From Candidatus Latescibacterota bacterium (lineage in GTDB: Bacteria > Latescibacterota > UBA2968 > GCA-2709665): DNA of 64,000 bases. The stretch lies in contig OZ241917.1 of assembly GCA_965203805.1 (NCBI GenBank), forward strand, positions 1,472,001 through 1,536,000, in the 5' to 3' direction. The translations under genes and the position numbers were made by a program. The notes below the pieces were generated by a model that saw only the letters and a program-made list of their open reading frames with translations, made no database searches and was not told the origin of the DNA. How positions within the stretch are numbered: position 1 is the first letter of the stretch; each line of letters opens with the position of its first letter. This document shows positions 40,710 through 49,967 of the stretch, in pieces.

Positions 40710-42019
40710 GGAAGCTCTGATTAAGTTACCTATTGGCACGCCATGCAGAAAGTCGTAGAATTGGAGCGTGAGCCGTCGTGTTGTGATTTCTGATGGATCG
40801 ACATAGAACGAGGGGCCCAGGGATGAAACAAATGAGTTTTTCGGATCTGGCGTACAGGACGAAGAAGAAGCAGACGCGCAGGGAACGTTTTCTGAAAGAG
40901 ATGGATGCGGTGTTGCCGTGGGAGATACTGCTTAAATCGATTGAGAGGAAGTATCCGAAACCTGGCAACGGTCGCCTGCCTGCCGAGTCGGCGCAGGCAG
41001 GTCGTCCGATCGGTGCGGAGGTGATGCTGCGTATCTACTTTATGCAACAATGGTATGGATTGAGCGATCCGGGAATGGAAGACAGTCTCTACGACGTGGA
41101 GTCGATGCGTCCCTGCCTGCTGCAGGCAGGGCTTTGCGGGTGTGAACATCAACGGCGTACCTGATGAGACGACGATCTGCAAATTCCGTCACTTTCTGGA
41201 GCACCATGGGTTGACGGAAGCGTTGTTTCGGCAAACGAAGCGCTACTTGTCCAGGCGGGGATTGATCGTGAACGAAGGCACGATCGTGGATGCCACGATC
41301 ATTCACGCGCCTTCTTCGACGAAGAACAAGGATCGGAAACGGGATCCTGAAATGGCCAGCACGAAGAAGGGCAACACGTGGCATTTCGGCATGAAGGCGC
41401 ACGTGGGCGCGGATGTGAAGGGACGGGTGCACAGTGTGGTGACCACCCCCGCTTCGGTGCATGATTCGCAGGCGATGGATGCCTGTCTGCACGGAAAAGA
41501 AAAGACCATCTACGGCGACAAGGCCTATGCGGATCAGACGCGAAAAGAACGGGCCGAAGCCAACGACGTGGAATGGCGAGTGCTTCGCAAGGCCCGCCGG
41601 GGCAAGCGGCTCAACTGCGCGGATGTTTCGTTCAACAAGAAGAGCAATCGCACGCGCGCACGGGTCCCTGCCTGTGCGTGCTGTCTCACGCACGCAGACA
41701 GGGAACATCCCTTTGGGATCATCAAACACCTGTGGGGCTACCGAAAGGTCAGGTATCGCGGTCTGGCGAAGAATACGGCGCATCTGTTCACCTTGTTTGC
41801 CTTGGCTAACTTCCATATGGCACGTCAGGAACTGGCTACTACATAGGCACCCGTGCCTCCAATTCGGACGCTGGCGGCCAAAATGGCCGGCACCGAGCGC
41901 ATCCGGGGCCGGAATCACCCGTGCAAACCCGAAAGATGACGACCCTCTCAACATAAACAGCCTCCGAAACGACCCATAAGTTACAACTTGCTCATTCCCT
42001 CTGGTTGATCAGAGGTTCC
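40710..42019 (+). mobile_element. IS5-family insertion sequence (1310 bp) with 4-bp TSD TCAA
   Basis: TIRs GGAAGCTCTGATTAA / GGAACCTCTGATCAA; TCAA at 40706-40709 and 42020-42023. Confidence 0.95.
40823..41846 (+). pseudogene. IS5 transposase disrupted by three hairpin insertions (27, 19, 36 nt)
   Basis: TRRERFL, PDETTI..FRH, IVDATII, WHFGMKAH, YGDKAY, EHPF, KVRYRGL. Removing the 82 inserted nt gives an intact 313-aa ORF. Confidence 0.93.
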
Positions 42020-43830
42020 TCAAGCAGTTTCGCCATCTTCTCCGCTTCTGCCATCAATACGTGGGGCAAATAGGGATCCAACGCGGGGTGATGGCCAAGC
42101 GTCAGGTCGTTGACATCGACATTGGGCGTATGTTTGTCCACAAAGTCATTCAACAGGTTCCGGCAGTGATGGGCCAGAAACTGAGAAGGTCCCGAAGTGT
42201 CACCGAGGAGGCTCCACGCCTCCTCCCGTACCCACAGGATTGCGTCAATTGCTCGTTCTAGCGTTCTTTCCTCGTTCTCCAGGCGGACTGCCTTTGTTTC
42301 TACAGCGGTAATCCTCGTGTTCATGCTGTGCAAGAGTTCGGACCGCATTTGAGGTTCGTATTCGACGAGATACTGTTCCAGCTCTTCGGGAGGCATATGT
42401 GGCCATGGGTCTTTTCCCTGAACCAGATAGCGATGTCCGTGAAAGTCCATCTCGGCAACGTACTTTCGGTGGCAAGGCGTCTTGACGGGTCCCACCTCAA
42501 GTGAGCGACTGTACCTCTCTGTAATCAGCTTATCACGGTAGAACGGCAGGGTTACCGTCACATCATCCCTTTTGAATGGGAAATTCCATTTCTTGGGGGA
42601 CCGCCACGTCATATCCGCCAAGTGCGGTGGCAGGTGATGTGGAAAGAAGGCCGGCATTGCCGTGATTGGCCTTACCTGTACGACGTAGATGCTTTCCCCT
42701 ACGACCACCCACTCAACGTCGACACGTGTATCAAAGACCCGGTCGATCTGCAGACCTACCTGAGCGATTTGTCTCGCAATATGGTCGCTCAGTGACGGTT
42801 CGCGCTGCTGATCTGAAGGGATGTCAATATTGTCAATGCCGCTGACACCCGGGATCAAGGCGTTTTTCTTCGTCGAAATGTCTCGACCCATGATATCTCC
42901 CGTATTCCATTCAAACAGGAAACGGTCAACTGGAATTTGGCCGGTAGACGTCATCAGATCGCGAGCCAGACCGAAGGACGACTCCAAAACGAACCGCCAC
43001 GGATTTCCCGTCAGTGGGTCTGCGGTGAACAGTACGCCGGCGCTATCGGCTGGTAGGAGTGACTGAACGAGGACGGCCATAGCGTCCGGCTCAGGCTCAA
43101 TGCCCATTTTCCGTTCGTATTCGAGTGCGAGTGGCACCCAGGCAGCACACCAGCACTTTTTAATCGCATGCAGAAGTTCATCGAGCGCTCGGATGCCAAG
43201 GAAACTCTCATAAACGCCCGCAAAGCTCGCACGGACCGAGTCCTCGTTATTGGTTGAAGAACGCACGGCCAATCCATAGGGAGCATTTGCAAATAGCCCT
43301 TCGGCAAACGGCGCAATCGCGTCGATTAAGGGTCGTGGGAATGAAGCTGCCAGTAGTCTTGGTAGAAATGCCTGATAATTCACAACACGTGCAGAATGTG
43401 TCAGACCCCTGGAACACTGAATGAGTCTTCGTACATGATTAGAAAGGTCGGATCGTGCAAGAAACAGGTTAAGTGCGTTCCGGGTGATTATAAATCCTGG
43501 AGGCACGTGGAATCCGTGTTCAATGGTCTTGCCAAGATTTGCCGATTTTGCGCCGACTAAGGAAGATTTCAGCCCAGGTTGAAGTTGGATGACCAGCTTA
43601 CCCGAATGAGAATTTCGAGGCATATTTTCGCACCGTTCCTTTCCACCGCCCTGACACAAAAAAGGATGCGCACAGGACGACATAATCGTGAGGTAAGTTT
43701 ATCTCACGGGTTATATCAGCCTATCCGCACCCTTGAGATCATCAAAAGTGCTATGGACGGCAGGATTTTATTGTTGGTGTAATATAGGAAAAACGCCCCG
43801 GCACGTCAAATGTAGTACAGGGCGTTGTTA

Positions 43831-43992
43831 CCCTTCGACAAGCTCAGGACAGGCTCACAGTACTGACTCGGTACCGATCTACATAAGTCGGCGTCCATTT
43901 TGTATTCGTAGGGGTGACCCTTGTGGTCGCCCTGGTGTAAGGCAAACAGGCAACATCCTTCGACATCAACCTGACTCTTCGCTGTCGAAGGA
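43831..43992. repeat. cluster of REP-like hairpins
   Basis: cccttcgacaagctcaggacaggct; gtaggggtgacccttgtggtcgccc; tccttcgaca...tgtcgaagga. Confidence 0.55.
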
Positions 43993-44025
43993 CGGTATAA
44001 TGTCTCCCCTCCCCTGAACGCCTCG

Positions 44026-44946
44026 TCAAACGTTCTCCTCGTTGGTTCCCGAAAATATCCTTTGTGCTTCCCGTGGCAGCTCGCAGACATGCACCAGGAA
44101 GGCCATCGCTCGTTCGACGTTTTCCGCCGGAAACCGGTATCGATAGTGATTTCCGACGGCCCTCGCGGCCCTGCTGAACAACCTTTGGATCGCGAACAGC
44201 GACTCCCGAACGTCGTCATAATCGGATCCGGCGTATGTGCGCTCGAACTCACGCCAGTCCTCGGGCTCGAGGTGCTTCTCCAGATCCCTGCCTTCGCTTC
44301 CCAGCGATCTCTCAAACCCCTTCGTGACGCCAATGTACCAACCGAGCATCAGGACGAGATCCTGCCGCAGGCGTTCGACGTGGCACTTCAGGAGGGGAAG
44401 CTTTCGTCGCCACAAAGTCTTCGGGATATGCGAGCCGAGCGTGAAGCAGAACGTGTTGCAGCAGTCGTCGTACCACTTCTGCGTCGGTTCCGTGATGAAA
44501 TGGCTTCGTTCACTGGGATTCGGGAGATCGGCAGTGAGACCGTCCTTGTCCAGCAGAACCCGGGTGAGGCTGTCGAATGGGCGCCTCTCCAGCATGTCGA
44601 CATGCAAGAACGCCATATCGGTTCGATTGCCGTCGGTAAACTGGACGTTGTAGGTATAGCGACCGTCTCGTAGCCCGGGTCGGTAGACCTGATCCTCTAC
44701 TTTCTCTACCAGCAACGGTACTCCAAAGTGCGGAACGACGCGACTCTCTTCTCTGTAGGGTTCGACATCGGTGACGAAGAATGCAATATCGTAGTCCTGG
44801 AAGATGTCCCTCTGGGCGTTCGGGTTGGCACGAGACCCATTCATCACAACCGCACGAATGCGGTCGTCGGACCGGGCGAATTCGACAATCAGCGCCAGCA
44901 CTTCCTCTTCGGTTTGCGTCCTCAAGTGATCCTCTTCACGTCTCAA
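44026..44946 (-). CDS. aminoglycoside 6-adenylyltransferase-like protein (AadK/ANT(6) family)
   Basis: RIRAVVMNGSRANPNA..D.FQDYDI, QFTDGNR.D, VLLDKD, L.K.L..E.W...TY. Confidence 0.85.
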   Translation of the reverse strand: MRREEDHLRTQTEEEVLALIVEFARSDDRIRAVVMNGSRANPNAQRDIFQDYDIAFFVTDVEPYREESRVVPHFGVPLLVEKVEDQVYRPGLRDGRYTYNVQFTDGNRTDMAFLHVDMLERRPFDSLTRVLLDKDGLTADLPNPSERSHFITEPTQKWYDDCCNTFCFTLGSHIPKTLWRRKLPLLKCHVERLRQDLVLMLGWYIGVTKGFERSLGSEGRDLEKHLEPEDWREFERTYAGSDYDDVRESLFAIQRLFSRAARAVGNHYRYRFPAENVERAMAFLVHVCELPREAQRIFSGTNEENV

Positions 44947-45088
44947 AACTGAGACTATCCGGCGCGGAATTCTGTACCGACCATCGTCAGTCCAGTATCA
45001 GTGGACAGACAGAATCCCGCTAGGGGTACTGGAAGTCGCACAGATTGTCTCACGTTGAAATGGCCAAGACTTCTTTTCAGCCTACATC

Positions 45089-45160
45089 CCGTGGGATGGA
45101 GAAGCACAATTGCCGTGGGATGGAGAAGCACAATTGCCGTGGGATGGAGAAGCACAATTG
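45089..45160. repeat. perfect tandem repeat, 3 x 24 bp
   Basis: ccgtgggatggagaagcacaattg x3, with no spacers. Confidence 0.95.
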
Positions 45161-45184
45161 CGCACAAAATCGGGTTCTACGCAC

Positions 45185-46093
45185 TTATCCCGTCCCCACA
45201 AGAACGAGCCCTACGAATAACACGGCGACGCCGATGTACTTAGGAACATATGCAGGTTCTTTAAGAATGAGTATACCCAAAACTGTCCCCATGGGAACGC
45301 TAATTTGCCGAAATGCAACGACATAGCTCACGTTTGAGACAAAGGCGAGACTGATAAGGACCAGGGTATAAGTGGCAAACATGCCGGCCCCCGCCAGTAG
45401 GGCTCGGGATGCCCGCGTTTCCAGAATTTCCCTTACAGCCTTGCGACCACGATGTCGAAATAGAAACCACATCCCCAGCCAGAGAGAGGTCGTAAGGCCC
45501 TCGAAGAAAGCGTATAACATCGCGGCCTGCCACGCTTCAATGGGGAGGGCGGAAGGTTCTCTCAGGCGTCGCAAAGCTTCGTCATCGATGATCGTATAGC
45601 CCGCCGTTGCGAAGGCGGCCGACAATGCAAACAATACAGATGAATTCAGGTAGTTGCCAATTCGAAAATCGCCAAAGCTCTTCATGGGCAGTACAAACAT
45701 CCCAACCACTACCAGCACAATCCCACAGATGCATTGTGCGCTGACTTGGTCCGATCGCTTTAGGAGAATTGTGACAATTATGACCACGATGATTGGAGAG
45801 GACCGCGCGATGGGATAGAGTATGGAAAGGTCTCCCCGACGGTAGGCGTTGGCCAATCCGAGCATATAGAGGGCCTGAACAAAACCTGTTGCGGCAAGCA
45901 GCAGCCATACTGAGGTAGGGAACACTGGAATTGCGGAACCGAATGGAATAAGTGTAGGCATCAAACACAGAAAACCAAACGTGTTGGCCAACAGAAAGAA
46001 AGCAGCGGACGGATGTTCCCGCTTGCCCAGCAAGTTCCAGCCTACGTGAGTTAAGGCCGAGATGAGAATCAGGATGACGGCGGTGAGGGTCAA
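45185..46093 (-). CDS. EamA/DMT family transporter
   Basis: SALTHVGWNLLGK, AYRRGDLS.LYPIARS, YT.ID, VAFRQ.S. Confidence 0.9.
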   Translation of the reverse strand: MTLTAVILILISALTHVGWNLLGKREHPSAAFFLLANTFGFLCLMPTLIPFGSAIPVFPTSVWLLLAATGFVQALYMLGLANAYRRGDLSILYPIARSSPIIVVIIVTILLKRSDQVSAQCICGIVLVVVGMFVLPMKSFGDFRIGNYLNSSVLFALSAAFATAGYTIIDDEALRRLREPSALPIEAWQAAMLYAFFEGLTTSLWLGMWFLFRHRGRKAVREILETRASRALLAGAGMFATYTLVLISLAFVSNVSYVVAFRQISVPMGTVLGILILKEPAYVPKYIGVAVLFVGLVLVGTG

Positions 46094-46177
46094 GGCTATA
46101 TTTCTCAGATTCTACGGGGGGTGTCTTCGTGGAGAATACCCTCATTTGGCAGATAGACTCGACGGCTACCAAATCTT

Positions 46178-48024
46178 GAGTCCACTCCGAAAAGTCGCAT
46201 TTACTTAACCAGGAAAAAGTACTAAATTCGAGGTGTAAACAGGTTGCACTGATTCAGACTGATGTTTGAACACAAAGCAGCGAGGGACCTATGTTTAGAA
46301 GGAGTGCTCCTTCAAGTGCGCCGGATCTGTTTAGCAGTATTGAGTCGCATTTCACAGGTCGGAAGCGGAACCGTCTAAATGATCCGTTGTGCTGGCATAA
46401 TCTGTTTTACGAGCACATCACGTCAAAGGTGGATGAGGATAACTTCCGTGAGGTGTATGCCCCTGGCGTAGGGCGTCCCAATGCGCCGATTCGTCAGTTG
46501 GTGTCGATGATGATCATCAAGGAGGGTTTTGGGTGGAGCGATGCCCAACTTTTCGATCAATGTCGGTTCAACATCCTGGTGATGGGGGCATTGGGGTTGG
46601 TGAATCTTACGGATGAAGTGCCTGTCGAGTCCACGTATTATCTGTTCAAGCAGGCGTTGTATGCGTATCACCTGAAGACCGGTCGCGATCTGATCGGCGA
46701 GACCTTTGTCAGGGTAACAAAGACGCAGGCCAAGGCCTTTGGTGTGTTGGGTCAGCAAATTCGAATGGACAGCCTGCCTGCGCCGAGTTCTGTTCGGCAG
46801 GCAGGTAAGTTGATCGGCTCGAACATTGCGCTTTGTTGTCGGTTGCAGTTGGTGGTGGGTTGCGTACAAGGGTTCTGGAGGTCGTTGGACAAGGCCCAAA
46901 AGGGACGATCATCGGCAACGGATCAGCAGGTTTTGGAGGCTCTGATCCAGGGGAAGCCCCATCAGGTTGTCTACCGTCTCACCAGCGCTGAAAAAGGCGA
47001 GAAGCTACAGGAATTGGGGCTGTTGTTGAGCAGGCTACAAGCGACCTATACCGAGAAAGACAGCGACCAGTACGATCTGATCGTGCGTGTTTTTGGGGAC
47101 CACTATACGGTTTCATCTTCCCCCAAGGAGGTGCTGCCCAAGCCGCATGAAGCGATCTGTTCATCCTCGTTGCAGTCTGCCCATGATGAAGAGGCGGCCT
47201 TTCGTAAGAAAGGGAAGGACAAGGTGAAAGGGTATAGTGTCAACCTCACCGAGACCTGTGATGAGGAGGGCCTCAATTTGATCACGGACGTTGACGTCAA
47301 ACCCGCGACGCGTCCCGACAATGCGTTTGTCCAAGGCGCCATACAGCGGACGCAACAGGTGGTGGACGACGTCGTCGAAGTGTCAATGGATGGGGCCTAT
47401 CATGATCGATCCAACGCCGAGTATGCCGACGAAAACAACAAGCAATTCTATTACAGTGGCCTGCAAGGAAAGCCAGGGCGTTTCAGCTATGAACGCACAA
47501 CAGACGGTGTCAAGGTCACCGATCAACAAACCGGAGAGGTTCACATCGCCCAAGAATACAAACCGGGAAAATACAAAATCACCATCGATGGCAAACCCCG
47601 ATACTTTAAGGAACAACATATCGACAGTTACCTCAATCGCAAACAGATTGAAGCCCTGCCTGACCCCATCAGAAACCGACGCAATAACGTCGAAGCCAGC
47701 ATCTTTCAGTTGAGCTATTACACCAAGGATGGCAAGACGCGCTATCGCGGAGAAAGGCCACACCAACGGTGGGCCTGGTGTCGTGGCCTATGGATCAATC
47801 TGGTTCGGATCAAGAACTACCTCGCTACACCCCCGATGCTCACCGCATAAGTGGGGCTTTCTTGCAAAAAACTCCATACCATAGGCCCTGAGCACCTTCG
47901 TAGCTTGCCCCAAAGTCGATATGCCGCACCTACAACGTTTTATCGTCCACACACGCTAAATCACAATACCCAACCTTGACCACTTGCACCAGACTCTGAT
48001 AACCCCCGTTTTCGGAGGGGACTC
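46178..48024 (+). mobile_element. insertion sequence (IS1182/ISNCY-like DDE), 1847 bp, 6-bp TSD AATCTT
   Basis: 16-bp TIRs GAGTCCACTCCGAAAA / GAGTCCCCTCCGAAAA; AATCTT at 46172-46177 and 48025-48030. Confidence 0.9.
46291..47850 (+). CDS. DDE transposase with an in-frame 33-nt hairpin insertion at the first catalytic Asp motif
   Basis: GRPNAP..W.D, RMDS[LPAPSSVRQAG]KLIGSNI, DGAY, R.RNNVEASI, KTRYRG. Confidence 0.85.
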   Translation: MFRRSAPSSAPDLFSSIESHFTGRKRNRLNDPLCWHNLFYEHITSKVDEDNFREVYAPGVGRPNAPIRQLVSMMIIKEGFGWSDAQLFDQCRFNILVMGALGLVNLTDEVPVESTYYLFKQALYAYHLKTGRDLIGETFVRVTKTQAKAFGVLGQQIRMDSLPAPSSVRQAGKLIGSNIALCCRLQLVVGCVQGFWRSLDKAQKGRSSATDQQVLEALIQGKPHQVVYRLTSAEKGEKLQELGLLLSRLQATYTEKDSDQYDLIVRVFGDHYTVSSSPKEVLPKPHEAICSSSLQSAHDEEAAFRKKGKDKVKGYSVNLTETCDEEGLNLITDVDVKPATRPDNAFVQGAIQRTQQVVDDVVEVSMDGAYHDRSNAEYADENNKQFYYSGLQGKPGRFSYERTTDGVKVTDQQTGEVHIAQEYKPGKYKITIDGKPRYFKEQHIDSYLNRKQIEALPDPIRNRRNNVEASIFQLSYYTKDGKTRYRGERPHQRWAWCRGLWINLVRIKNYLATPPMLTA

Positions 48025-48271
48025 AATCTTACATTGACAAACAAATACCCCTACGTGTCAATCTTTACGTGTCAATCTTATAGTATGACAATTCCTCTTT
48101 GAAAATAGAGAACAACGGAGAGTGCGAACGGGTATAGAACGATGTTTGATGTATCAGGTCGCGCAAAGGCCTCCAATAGAGCCTTGGTTCCTTTCACGAT
48201 GGAACTCCTGCAACCCTCAAAACGGATCAAATCCGGTCTGCCGACTGGACATGATTGGATGCAACTCCGGG

Positions 48272-49282
48272 TTACAATGCGATGGCATCGGATACGAACT
48301 GGCTGAAAGTATCCCGCAAGGCGTGCTGCGACTCCGGCAGTTCAGGCCGCCATTGACGGGCGGCCATCCAACCCTGGGCGATTCTCGTTGCGGCAATCAG
48401 GTCGGGACCCTCAAGGCTCGCGAGTCCGGCTGCCTGGCGCTTGACGGCCATTCTCCGGACGAGGTCCCGGTGGCCCGGCCGATTCCGGTCTCCTGAATTC
48501 AGGACCTGGAGGTACGCCGGGTCCAGAATCCACGGCCGGCGAATCGGGTGGACGTCAATCAGGACCGCGCGGTCGCCCGCGGGAGGCGGCTCTCTCATCA
48601 AACCGTTGCACATGTGAAAGTCATCGAAGCAGGTTTCCGATCCGCATTTTTCGAAGACGAAATCCCAGTGGTCCTCGACTCTCGATAGCAGCACGTCGAC
48701 GGGTCCGGGACATTGCCAGCGAATTGCGCCCTCGAGCCAGCCGGCAACTTCCCCTTGTGTAGTTACATACAACTCAGGGTCGTCGATAGAATCCGCCTGC
48801 TGATAGAACCGGACCCCCGCGTCGAGCATCAGTTCGAACTCCCTGCCGTTCCAGGAATTGCCCAGGGGCCCGAACGGAATGGCTTCCAATGCGATCCAGT
48901 GGACGTCGATATCCCCCAGGCGGGATCCCGCGGCATAGACCGCCGGTGTGAGATCGGGCGCGAGGCGATGGAGTTCCCGGCACCAGAAATTCTCGCGCGC
49001 GCTGGTGCCGACCTTGACAATGACGACAAGGCCCGTTTCCCGGTGCAGACCCCGGAGATGGACCGCGATCAGCCCGTATTCCTGGACGAAGAGCTCGATA
49101 TCGCGCGCGATCGACGTGATTGCTTCCGTCCGGTTCACGACGTGGAGAATCGTACGCAAAACCTCGTCTTCGCGCGAGACCCGTCCGTTACCATCAAAGA
49201 TCCCCACAGCCGAATTTCCCCTTCCTCCTGTCTCGCAGTTCCGAATCGCATCGTACGTTGAAGGAAACACGTTTCGGCACAT
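48272..49282 (-). CDS. protein-kinase-like / aminoglycoside phosphotransferase-fold protein (degenerate)
   Basis: VIVKV, P.V.A.G, W.ALE..P, FDDFHMCNGL (HGDxxxxN-like), VLID. Confidence 0.55.
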   Translation of the reverse strand: MCRNVFPSTYDAIRNCETGGRGNSAVGIFDGNGRVSREDEVLRTILHVVNRTEAITSIARDIELFVQEYGLIAVHLRGLHRETGLVVIVKVGTSARENFWCRELHRLAPDLTPAVYAAGSRLGDIDVHWIALEAIPFGPLGNSWNGREFELMLDAGVRFYQQADSIDDPELYVTTQGEVAGWLEGAIRWQCPGPVDVLLSRVEDHWDFVFEKCGSETCFDDFHMCNGLMREPPPAGDRAVLIDVHPIRRPWILDPAYLQVLNSGDRNRPGHRDLVRRMAVKRQAAGLASLEGPDLIAATRIAQGWMAARQWRPELPESQHALRDTFSQFVSDAIAL

Positions 49283-49291
49283 CCTCGGTGT

Positions 49292-49639
49292 TCAATCCTC
49301 GAATACCTCCGCCGACAGATCAAAGCTGGGTGTATGGAACAGCAACAGAGTCGACTTCACTGGCGTATCATTCCTGTATCCGAATACCGTACCCTTTGGC
49401 ACCAGGCAGAAGTCTCCCCTTTCCAGATGGTGTTCTCGGGAACCCAATGTGAAACGTACTTCTCCCTCGATCACGAAGTAGTATTTGTCCGAGCGGGTTG
49501 ACCGTGCATTGCGATGGTGAATTCCGGGAGGAATCTCGACCGTGGCCAGTGACGAACCGCGATCATGGCGTGGCGTGTAGTCTCGGATTTCAAGACCTTC
49601 AAGTGTGACTTCTCTTGCAGCCTCAGATTTGACGATCAT
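49292..49639 (-). CDS. cupin domain protein
   Basis: VEIPPG, YFVIEG, L..GD..LVPKG. Confidence 0.85.
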   Translation of the reverse strand: MIVKSEAAREVTLEGLEIRDYTPRHDRGSSLATVEIPPGIHHRNARSTRSDKYYFVIEGEVRFTLGSREHHLERGDFCLVPKGTVFGYRNDTPVKSTLLLFHTPSFDLSAEVFED

Positions 49640-49967
49640 CTATAGTTCCTATATGTCGATCGATTGCTGTTTTTCGATAGATTCAGCGGAGTATTATGCG
49701 ACAGCACTCAAGGAATCGTGGAGTCTGATTGGTCTGGATGATGTTGCAGGGTTCGCAGGGGTATGGGTTCATTTCAATCGACCGGAAACGCGAGCATTGG
49801 TGCTGCTCTTGGCTTTTTTGTGCATCAGGATTTGATCCTGTTCTTGGTTTCTAATCCTGCTTAATCCTTTCAATCCTGTTAATCCTGATCCGTTTTGGTT
49901 CTTTTCCTGTCCATCCATGCAAGATTGGGTTTTTGAATTATGGACGCCACGGTCGTCCGCGTATCGA

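Larger units (their letters stand above)
39658..43623 (-). pseudogene. PEP-utilising / pyruvate-water-dikinase-like protein (rifampin phosphotransferase-like architecture) split by IS5
   Basis: VGAKSANLG, AVRSS..ED...SFAG.YES, VLVQ, DVEW, QVRPIT; C-terminal NH..QIARECGVP and VDGTRG. Removing 40710-42019 plus one TSD restores the frame (KLLESERERF). Confidence 0.85.

Noticed and set aside
41040-41954. 304-aa minus-strand ORF inside IS5
   Set aside because: Antisense to the transposase; no independent support.
45089-45160. possible CRISPR array
   Set aside because: Repeats are head-to-tail without spacers, and there are no cas genes.
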